From: Bacteroidales bacterium
Lineage (GTDB): Bacteria; Bacteroidota; Bacteroidia; Bacteroidales; UBA3663
Reading direction: 5' to 3'
Length of the DNA stretch: 64,000 bases
Assembly (NCBI GenBank): GCA_045628525.1
Contig: JAZQPJ010000082.1
Location: 7,310 to 71,309 of the forward strand
In this document: piece after piece, positions 8,720 through 15,906 of the stretch
Layout: every line of letters begins with the position of its first letter
How positions within the stretch are numbered: the stretch's first letter is position 1
Translations under genes and position numbers: made by a program
The notes under the pieces: generated by a model
The model's input: the letters and a program-made list of their open reading frames with translations, nothing else
What the model was told of the DNA's origin: nothing
Databases searched by the model: none

Positions 8720-9652
8720 ATGAAGACACACCTCCTGTTCCGTCAATACACCTGGCTGCTCGATACCATCTATCGTGCAGGCAAGATCTCGCTCGACGAC
8801 ATCAACCGCCGCTGGCTCGCCACCGAGATGAGCGAGGGCCTCACTATGCCTCGCTCCACCTTCAACCACCACCGCAACGCCATCGAGGAGATGTTCGGCA
8901 TCTACATCGAATGCGACCGTCGCGATGGTTACCGCTACTACATCGGCAATCCCGAGGACCTGCAGTCGGCCAATATCCAGCATTGGCTCGTCAATTCCCT
9001 CTCTGCCAGCACACTTCTGGCCGAGAGTCGCGACCTCAAGGACCAGATCCTGCTCGAAGACATCCCGAGCGGACAGCAGTTTCTGGAGACGATCCTTGTG
9101 GCCATCCGCCACAAGCAGATGCTGCGCATCAACTATCAGCGCTTCGGGATGCCCGACTCCGTGAAGGACGTCGAGCCCTATTGCGTCAAGCTCCATCACC
9201 AGCGTTGGTATGTCCTCGTCCATCAGCCAAGCTCCCAGTACACCGGCCTCACCGTCTATGCGCTCGATCGTATCCTCCAGCTCGAAATCCTGCAAGATTC
9301 TCATTATTCTATCCCTGCTGATTTTGATGCTAAGCTCTTCTTTGAGAACTATTTCGGTGTCTATGTCGATCCCTCGCTTCCCACCCAGCGCGTCGTCCTC
9401 CGTGCCTACGGCAAGCAGCCCGACTATTTCCGCACACTCCCCCTCCACCCCACTCAGAAGGAGCTCGCCACCGTCACCGACGTCCCCGAACCCTACACCG
9501 ACTTCGAGTACCACATCGCCCTCACCTACGACTTCCTCAGCGAGCTGCTTTCGAAGAATTCGTGGGTAGAAGTCATGGAGCCCGCGTCACTTCGCGAGCG
9601 AATTGTGGACGAAATTGAGGGAATGAGGAGAAGATATGAAGAAAAATTGTAG
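8720..9652 (+). CDS. WYL-domain transcriptional regulator (wHTH-WYL architecture, BrxR/CapW-like)
   Basis: WYL signature INYQRFGMPDSVKDVEPYCVKLHHQRWYVLV. The N-terminal region is plausibly a winged HTH, and the length (310 aa) is typical. A TAnnTTTG box lies at about 8665-8672. Confidence 0.75.
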   Translation: MKTHLLFRQYTWLLDTIYRAGKISLDDINRRWLATEMSEGLTMPRSTFNHHRNAIEEMFGIYIECDRRDGYRYYIGNPEDLQSANIQHWLVNSLSASTLLAESRDLKDQILLEDIPSGQQFLETILVAIRHKQMLRINYQRFGMPDSVKDVEPYCVKLHHQRWYVLVHQPSSQYTGLTVYALDRILQLEILQDSHYSIPADFDAKLFFENYFGVYVDPSLPTQRVVLRAYGKQPDYFRTLPLHPTQKELATVTDVPEPYTDFEYHIALTYDFLSELLSKNSWVEVMEPASLRERIVDEIEGMRRRYEEKL

Positions 9653-9703
9653 ATTTTCACAACATGTGCCTTGATTTTGCACAACTTTGTACTATCTTTG
9701 CAT
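9650..9703 (+). promoter_or_regulatory. island promoter cassette, copy A (TAGATTTTCA motif, -33 TTTG, -7 tatctttg)
   Basis: tagattttcacaacatgtgccttgattttgcacaactttgtactatctttgcatc. The TAG is the stop codon of the WYL gene. The start codon lies 81 nt downstream of that TAG. Confidence 0.6.
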
Positions 9704-9730
9704 CATCATAAACACAAAATACATCAAGCA

Positions 9731-10696
9731 ATGTTAGGAGCAATCACAGGCGACATCGTGGGGAGCCGTTGGGAGTTTAATCCCACAAATGACTACAGCT
9801 TTGAGCTGTTCTCCGAGAAGAACGACTTCACCGACGACACCATCTGCACCATCGCTGTGGCAGATGCGTTGCTGCATGGCAGCGAAGACTACGGACAGTT
9901 CATCCACACCTGGTGCCGCAAATATCCCTATCCCAAAGGTGGCTATGGCGGACGCTTTGCGCAATGGGTGGCAAGCAATGACCCGCAGCCCTACAACTCA
10001 TTCGGCAACGGAAGTGCGATGAGGGTGAGTGCGATAGGGCATTGGTTCAAAAACGAGAAAGAAGTGCTCGATGCAGCAGCGGCAACAGCCATGCCCACAC
10101 ATAACCATCCCGAGGGCATAAAAGGAGCGCAAACCACAGCTCTGGCCATCCAGCAAGCGATGCAATTCAATCAGCACGGATATCAGGAAGCCGCAAACCA
10201 TATTGATGAAATCATCGAAAAATGTGTTCGATTCTCCGGGTACGACATCGAAATGCCCAAACAATCTGTATTGAATAAGTTCGACGAAACCTGCCAGGGC
10301 ACAGTACCTGTGGCGCTGAAGATAATCAGCATCAGCAAGAACTACGAAGATGCAATTCGCCTTGCCGTCAGCCTTGGGGCCGATGCCGACACGCTTGGTG
10401 CCATAGTGGGCAGTATTGCCGAAGCAATCTGGGGCATACCAATGGAACTAAGGATACGAGCCATGGAGTACTTGCCACAAGAGATGGCAGATGTCGTGCG
10501 TGAATTCCACCAACATTGCCATCACTCCAACAAGCCACTGATTGACGTGACTTTCTCTGCATCCGGCTTCAAGGAGGCGGCATACGACATGCTCGATTCA
10601 AAAGAACGAAAAGAGATTGAAACGATTGTTGAAAAGGACAAGGCTGAGAAATGGACGATGATGGAGCTTCGAGCAAGAAAAAGAGAACAATGGTAA
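9731..10696 (+). CDS. ADP-ribosylglycohydrolase (ARH/DraG/Tri1-type) family protein
   Basis: Motifs GAITGDIVGSRWE, FTDDT, GNGSAMR and GADADTLGAIVGSIAEA (metal-binding Asp cluster). The roughly 60-aa charged C-terminal tail (after about residue 260) carries no motif I recognise. The start is set at MLGAITGD, after the promoter box. Confidence 0.85.
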   Translation: MLGAITGDIVGSRWEFNPTNDYSFELFSEKNDFTDDTICTIAVADALLHGSEDYGQFIHTWCRKYPYPKGGYGGRFAQWVASNDPQPYNSFGNGSAMRVSAIGHWFKNEKEVLDAAAATAMPTHNHPEGIKGAQTTALAIQQAMQFNQHGYQEAANHIDEIIEKCVRFSGYDIEMPKQSVLNKFDETCQGTVPVALKIISISKNYEDAIRLAVSLGADADTLGAIVGSIAEAIWGIPMELRIRAMEYLPQEMADVVREFHQHCHHSNKPLIDVTFSASGFKEAAYDMLDSKERKEIETIVEKDKAEKWTMMELRARKREQW

Positions 10697-10846
10697 TATA
10701 AATAATGTGTACGAAAAAAATGTTGGCAGATTGCAAAAGCACGCAAATACGCTAGTATGTGTTAGTTTTCTGCTGAAAAATTTGCACAACAAAAAATAAT
10801 GTTATATATTTGCACCAAAAGGACAATTTACTAACATCGAAACACT

Positions 10847-11107
10847 ATGGCAGCGACAATTCAAATACCTAATGACATCAATGTCTCATCCCCATTGGGC
10901 GCTTTGATTGCTCATTTTAACGCTTCATCACAAAGCGTCCAGAAAGCATTTACAAAACTTTTCACAGAATACACCAAGCAACAAGCCGACATCAAGCTCA
11001 AAGAGAAGATTGAGAAAGGCGAACAGGATATTCGAATGGGCCTTGGCATTAGCCAAAAGGATGGAGAAACGAACGAAGCTTTTTTTGAACGCTTATGTAC
11101 AATGTAG
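10847..11107 (+). CDS. small protein, putative type II antitoxin (orphaned)
   Basis: 86 aa. Its stop overlaps an ATG that opens a RelE/ParE-like reading frame (ATGTACAATGTAG). A TAnnTTTG box (tatatttg) lies about 30 nt upstream. No diagnostic motif, so the call rests on context. Confidence 0.35.
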   Translation: MAATIQIPNDINVSSPLGALIAHFNASSQSVQKAFTKLFTEYTKQQADIKLKEKIEKGEQDIRMGLGISQKDGETNEAFFERLCTM

Positions 11108-11208
11108 TTTTCTCTCCAGATGCACAGAAGGACCTTGTGAGCCTGAAAAATATGCTATTTTACAGCACATATTTATATTATTTACGGATAAAATTTGGAA
11201 ATTCGAAA
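11095..11208 (+). pseudogene. truncated RelE/ParE-family toxin remnant (37 codons)
   Basis: MYNVVFSPDAQKDLVSLKN matches the usual toxin N-terminus (MYK.V.S..A.KDL). The frame then degenerates and stops at 11206-11208. Full-length toxins are roughly 90-100 aa. Confidence 0.35.
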
Positions 11209-11248
11209 TAAAATGCGTTACTTTGCGGAGTAAAAACTTATATCTGAC

Positions 11249-11551
11249 ATGAAAACCAGACAGGAATACATAGATGTATTAAAGACACATGCCACCGAGC
11301 TTCAGCAGAAGTTTGGCATAACCTATATGCGCCTGTTCGGATCTGTTGCCAAGAATGTCCACCACGAAGGCAGCGATGTGGATGTCTTCGTCGAAATGCC
11401 AGCCAAAATATACAACATCGTCTCTGCGGCTGAATATCTCGAAGAAATCTTGGGGTGCAAAGTCGATCTGATTTGCAAGCACAAAGGAATGCGTCCGTTC
11501 TTCTTAAATCAAATTGAAAAATATGGTATCGATATCTTCAGAGCAGCGTGA
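11249..11551 (+). CDS. minimal nucleotidyltransferase (MNT/MntA-type antitoxin)
   Basis: GS-x9-DxD motif: RLFGSVAKNVHHEGSDVDVFV. 100 aa, overlapping the downstream HEPN gene. Confidence 0.8.
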   Translation: MKTRQEYIDVLKTHATELQQKFGITYMRLFGSVAKNVHHEGSDVDVFVEMPAKIYNIVSAAEYLEEILGCKVDLICKHKGMRPFFLNQIEKYGIDIFRAA

Positions 11552-11915
11552 AACCTTGCTCGACATTTTGCAGAATATCCACAATTCCATTCTTCAACTG
11601 AAAGAGTGGAATAAAGACATACACGACATCAACGATTTGCTTACTTCAGCCGAAGGTGTGAAAACGCTTACAGCAGATTGTATGCTGCTTCAAGCTATCG
11701 GAGAGGGCATCAAACAAATCGACAAACACTCTAATGATCAGCTCTTGCCTTTGCAGCCACAAATACCATGGAAGCAAGTCAAAGGTATGCGTGACCATAT
11801 CGCACACGGTTATTTTGACATCAACACAGATTTAGTTTGGACGGTTCTTACCGAAGACTTGGATCCATTGGGGAAAGCAATTGACTGGTTCATCGCTTAT
11901 CTGTCGGAAAACTGA
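11514..11915 (+). CDS. HepT/DUF86 HEPN-domain toxin (putative RNase)
   Basis: R-x4-H HEPN motif RDHIAHGY near the C-terminus. The true start may be ATG 11523 (MVSISS...). Confidence 0.8.
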   Translation: MKNMVSISSEQRETLLDILQNIHNSILQLKEWNKDIHDINDLLTSAEGVKTLTADCMLLQAIGEGIKQIDKHSNDQLLPLQPQIPWKQVKGMRDHIAHGYFDINTDLVWTVLTEDLDPLGKAIDWFIAYLSEN

Positions 11916-11918
11916 AGC

Positions 11919-12011
11919 GAAATTTGGGCGATGCGGGAGAAATATGATGGGAAATAGTAGATTTTCATAACATGTTCAATGTTTTTGGACAAGAAATCAT
12001 TATATTTGCAT
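11919..12011 (+). promoter_or_regulatory. island promoter cassette, copy B, preceded by a remnant resembling the 3' end of the WYL gene
   Basis: 11919-12011 aligns without gaps to 9611-9703 at roughly 70-75% identity by hand count. It includes tagattttcataacatgt, -33 tttttgg and -7 tatatttg (12001-12008). The ATG lies 80 nt after the TAG. Confidence 0.6.
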
Positions 12012-12037
12012 CGTCAATACTTCAATCATACATCATT

Positions 12038-13987
12038 ATGGCTTTTGAGAATCAACATCTGTTAAATAAAGAGTTCCTTCAAACGTTTCCCTTGGAATCA
12101 TTAAAGGATATGACTCTTGATCAATATACGAATTTGAATCGTGCAGATTCATTTTGCTATTGGCTCGAAAGTAAGACAACAGGGTTAGGCTCTGTCTGGG
12201 GCGGTTCGTCCTATAAGTTCGGCATTTATAGATATGGTCAGAAGCCAGAAGGGAAAATGAAAGGAAGATTATGCGATGATAAGTACGCTTGGTTTTCTTC
12301 TTTAGGTAAAACTGCAGATGAAGCATTCAAAACTATTAAAGATGCTTTGATTCGTATTGCTACTGCTGCAAAAGATGGAGATTTGGATGCCATTGAGTCA
12401 ATCAATCAGTTAGGCACGGTTATAAAATGGAAGATTGCTTTTCTGTATTCCAATGAGAAGTTTGTCCCATATTATAGTATTGAAAGATTGAGGGTCATAG
12501 CCAGAGAAATGGGAATGGCGGATGTCAAGGATGCCACCCTTGCTGATTTCCAACGATTTTTAATCAATCATCGTGATGGTCGAGATATTCACGAATACGG
12601 GGTATTCCTTGACGATATCTGGAAAGATAAACACGTCATCGTTGATGAAAATGGGTTGGAACAAAATATAGATAATAACCAGAATGACAATGAATCTCAA
12701 ATGAAGTACCAATTATATATGGATTTACTTAGGGAAAACCGCAATCTTGTGCTAACTGGAGCGCCTGGTACAGGAAAGACCTTTATGGCTCAAGCAATTG
12801 CAAAGGAGATGGGGGCTGAAGTGAAATTTGTTCAGTTCCATCCATCTTATGATTATACAGATTTTGTGGAGGGTTTGCGACCAGTAGATAATGGCAATGG
12901 GCAGATGGGATTTGAACGTAAGGATGGTGTGTTCAAAGAGTTCTGTAAGGCGGCAATTGTAAACATTTCATCAGATAAAGATACAAAGGCGACTGTTTCA
13001 ACCTTCATCAAAGGTGATTTTTCAACTATCTATAATAGTATTGTTTCCGATATTAAAACAGGAAATCTTATCGAATACAAGACTCCGTACAAAGTCCAGT
13101 CGTTAGCTGTTGATGCAAATGATCGCATTGTTTTTAGAGCAAATACAGATAGAAGCAGGACGGAGCGAGAAGATAATGTCAAATTAATGTTTGATTATTT
13201 TGTTTCCAAGGGAATTCGTGACTTATCGAAACATACACGAGAGGATTATTGGAGTTTGATAAAATCTCTCACGAATGGGAAAACCTCAACAATTGATTAT
13301 ATTGAATATGGGTGGTTGCTACAGGAGATGCTAAATAGAATAGACAACGAGATTGATTTTTCTACAGCAAATATAGATAAAGTTGAGAAGAAACCTTTTG
13401 TTATGATCATCGATGAGGTGAATCGTGGCGAAGCATCAAAGATATTTGGAGAATTGTTCTACGCTATTGATCCTGGCTATCGAGGCAAAACAGATGTCTT
13501 AGTACAGACTCAATATCAGAATCTTGTGCCAGATACAGACGTGTTCGCCAAGGGCTTCTATGTGCCTGACAATGTGTATATCCTGGCAACGATGAATGAC
13601 ATTGATCGTTCTGTTGAGAGCATGGATTTTGCTATGCGCAGACGCTTCACTTGGAAAGAGGTGACACCAACAGATACGCAGGACATGTTAGATTCTCTTG
13701 GCGTTATTGCAAATGAGGCAAAGGCTACGATGGCAAGATTGAACGAAGTCATTGCAGATACAGATGGCCTTGGAGATGCCTATATGGTAGGCCCTTCATA
13801 CTTCCTCAAGTTGGCAAGTAATGGTGGTGACTTTGAGAAACTATGGATTATGAACATAGAACCTTTGCTGAAAGAGTATCTTCGTGGTTTCCGCAAGGCA
13901 AATGAAACTATTGAGAAGTTTAAGGAAGCTTACTTTGCAGAAGAAGAAACAACAGATAATGAATTAGATCTTGTAGATGAGGATTGA
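12038..13987 (+). CDS. mcrB: McrB-like AAA+ GTPase subunit of a type IV (modification-dependent) restriction system
   Basis: Walker A GAPGTGKT, Walker B VMIIDEVNRG, McrB signature ATMNDIDRS and MRRRF. It has an N-terminal domain of about 235 aa that I cannot place, and an insertion of about 140 aa between the Walker motifs. The start is set after the -7 box at 12001. Confidence 0.85.
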   Translation: MAFENQHLLNKEFLQTFPLESLKDMTLDQYTNLNRADSFCYWLESKTTGLGSVWGGSSYKFGIYRYGQKPEGKMKGRLCDDKYAWFSSLGKTADEAFKTIKDALIRIATAAKDGDLDAIESINQLGTVIKWKIAFLYSNEKFVPYYSIERLRVIAREMGMADVKDATLADFQRFLINHRDGRDIHEYGVFLDDIWKDKHVIVDENGLEQNIDNNQNDNESQMKYQLYMDLLRENRNLVLTGAPGTGKTFMAQAIAKEMGAEVKFVQFHPSYDYTDFVEGLRPVDNGNGQMGFERKDGVFKEFCKAAIVNISSDKDTKATVSTFIKGDFSTIYNSIVSDIKTGNLIEYKTPYKVQSLAVDANDRIVFRANTDRSRTEREDNVKLMFDYFVSKGIRDLSKHTREDYWSLIKSLTNGKTSTIDYIEYGWLLQEMLNRIDNEIDFSTANIDKVEKKPFVMIIDEVNRGEASKIFGELFYAIDPGYRGKTDVLVQTQYQNLVPDTDVFAKGFYVPDNVYILATMNDIDRSVESMDFAMRRRFTWKEVTPTDTQDMLDSLGVIANEAKATMARLNEVIADTDGLGDAYMVGPSYFLKLASNGGDFEKLWIMNIEPLLKEYLRGFRKANETIEKFKEAYFAEEETTDNELDLVDED

Positions 13988-15326
13988 TCTGACCGATAAC
14001 TGTTTAGGGAAAAATGGCAATGTCTATCATCGTAAAGACATTGCCGACCTCTTTCCTGTCGCAGACAAATCTATCTCGCAATTGTGCAAGGATAATGAGA
14101 ATCTGCTCATTTTTCCGCATAGCATAGAGACTGCTGACGATAGGATTGGGGATTCAACGATCCTAAACATTGTGAATACGAGTAACCCAGATAGTGTCCG
14201 AATAAATACGGGCAATATCATGGGCTTTATTGGTGTGGGCAATCTTCAAATTAAGATTCAGTCGCGCTTCGATCAGGGACGAGACGATTACTTCTTGCAC
14301 TATATGCTACAGAAGGTTTTGTCTTTTAACCTCTTTGACCTTAACCACAACAATGAGAAGGAAGATGTTTTCGACTTTGTGATGTTCATGTTCCCATATT
14401 TCTTGAAGGTGGCTTTGCGTCAAGGTGTATATCAAGAGTATCAGCGCTTTAAGCATAATGATTCGAACCTCAAAGGAACTATTGACCTCAGTCGTCATGT
14501 CAGTAGAAACGTGCCTTTTGTCGGGAACATTGCCTACTCGACTCGTGAGTATAGCTGTGATAATAGTATGACTCAACTGATCCGGCATACTATAGAATTC
14601 ATGCAGACAAAGAAGTACGGTCAGGCTGTGCTGAATATTGACCGTGATGCGATTGATAATGTCAAATGCATCATAGAAAATACGCCTACCTATAATAAAG
14701 GAGAACGTTCTGCCATCATCAGCAAGAATTTACGCTTTAAGTCACATCCTTATTACACAGAGTATCGACCATTGCAAAGTCTTTGTTTGCAGATATTGCG
14801 TATGGAAGAGGTGAAATTTGGAGAAACAGACGATGAAATCTGTGGTATTCTCTTTGATGGTGCATGGATCTGGGAAGAATATGTAAATACAATTCTTCAA
14901 GAGAAAGGTTTTATTCATCCTCAGAATAAAATAGGAAAGGGAAAAATCTATCTGTTTGAGGATATGGATTCTACAGGAAAGATTCATAAGAGTGGTGAGC
15001 GATATCCTGATTTCTATAAGGATGATTTTGTGCTTGATGCTAAATATAAGCGACTTGAAAGTTATGAAAAGGTCTCGCAGGTGAATCGTGACGACCTTCA
15101 TCAGGTTATTACCTATATGGAAAACCTTAATGCGATAAGAGGTGGCTTCATTGCGCCTTTTGAAAATCATCAGATTACAATTCCGACTTCACGCTTGAAA
15201 CAAAATGATAAAGCTACCTTGTCAATCTTCGGTATTGAGATATGTAAGACGGCTAAATCTTATTCTGATTTCTGTGAACGAATGAAAGTTGCAGAAGAAA
15301 CCTTTGTGAAATCCTTGAATCTATAG
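13977..15326 (+). CDS. mcrC: McrC-like nuclease subunit
   Basis: Overlaps the mcrB stop by 11 nt. PD-(D/E)xK motif YPDFYKDDFVLDAKYK near the C-terminus. Size is typical (449 aa). Confidence 0.7.
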   Translation: MRIDLTDNCLGKNGNVYHRKDIADLFPVADKSISQLCKDNENLLIFPHSIETADDRIGDSTILNIVNTSNPDSVRINTGNIMGFIGVGNLQIKIQSRFDQGRDDYFLHYMLQKVLSFNLFDLNHNNEKEDVFDFVMFMFPYFLKVALRQGVYQEYQRFKHNDSNLKGTIDLSRHVSRNVPFVGNIAYSTREYSCDNSMTQLIRHTIEFMQTKKYGQAVLNIDRDAIDNVKCIIENTPTYNKGERSAIISKNLRFKSHPYYTEYRPLQSLCLQILRMEEVKFGETDDEICGILFDGAWIWEEYVNTILQEKGFIHPQNKIGKGKIYLFEDMDSTGKIHKSGERYPDFYKDDFVLDAKYKRLESYEKVSQVNRDDLHQVITYMENLNAIRGGFIAPFENHQITIPTSRLKQNDKATLSIFGIEICKTAKSYSDFCERMKVAEETFVKSLNL

Positions 15327-15377
15327 TTTTTTATAACTTGCTCCACGTTTTTATACAACTGTGATCTATCTTTGCGC
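15324..15377 (+). promoter_or_regulatory. island promoter cassette, copy C
   Basis: tagttttttataacttgctccacgtttttatacaactgtgatctatctttgcgcc. About 70% identical to copy A by hand count. The TAG is the mcrC stop codon. The -7 box tatctttg lies at 15367-15374. Confidence 0.5.
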
Positions 15378-15412
15378 CGTAAAAAAAAGTAAAACCTATA
15401 AAAAATTTTGTT

Positions 15413-15715
15413 ATGGCAGCAAAAAAAAAAAGTATCAAAGTAAGTGAACGAGTACAGAAGCTCATTGATCGTGCAAACGAACCCAAATCTCCTATTATGC
15501 AAAAGCTTTGTGATGCGAAGTTGGAGTTAATTATATCCTGGGGAGAGTTTTCCGTAGATTATTTTGGCAAACCTCGCACTTGGCTTAGTAGTAAAATCCA
15601 AGGTTGTGACTTGGATTGTAATGATGTAGATATCACAGCCGAAGAAATCAAACAACTGAAAGAAGCATTGTTTGATCTTTCGAAAAGAATAGAGAATTGT
15701 GCAAATACACTTTGA
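15413..15715 (+). CDS. small hypothetical protein, DUF5053-like by recollection
   Basis: 100 aa. The core WGEFSVDYFGKPRTWLSSKIQG...ITAEEIKQLKEALFDLSKRI resembles small Bacteroidales mobile-element proteins. An A11 homopolymer spans codons 4-7. Confidence 0.45.
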   Translation: MAAKKKSIKVSERVQKLIDRANEPKSPIMQKLCDAKLELIISWGEFSVDYFGKPRTWLSSKIQGCDLDCNDVDITAEEIKQLKEALFDLSKRIENCANTL

Positions 15716-15794
15716 TGTATTACTTCATAAACCATTAATGTGATGGCAAAAGATAACGACTTTATTTGGTTTTTGCAATTATTTATCAAGAAAA

Positions 15795-15849
15795 GTGATT
15801 TTTTTGAACATGTGCCATGCTTTTGTACAACATGGCACGATCTTTGCAC
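15795..15849 (+). promoter_or_regulatory. island promoter cassette, copy D
   Basis: gtgatttttttgaacatgtgccatgcttttgtacaacatggcacgatctttgcacc. About 75% identical to copy A by hand count. It contains an internal inverted repeat gtgccatg / catggcac. Confidence 0.5.
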
Positions 15850-15906
15850 CATCAAAACGTGAGTGAATAACCTATGTTTTAACCTAATCAAAAAACTGTT
15901 TGAGAG

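Noticed and set aside
10908-11252. A 114-aa plus-strand ORF spanning the antitoxin-like gene, the toxin remnant and the MNT promoter.
   Set aside because: It is out of frame with the more plausible 86-aa gene, runs through an evident promoter region, and has no recognisable features.
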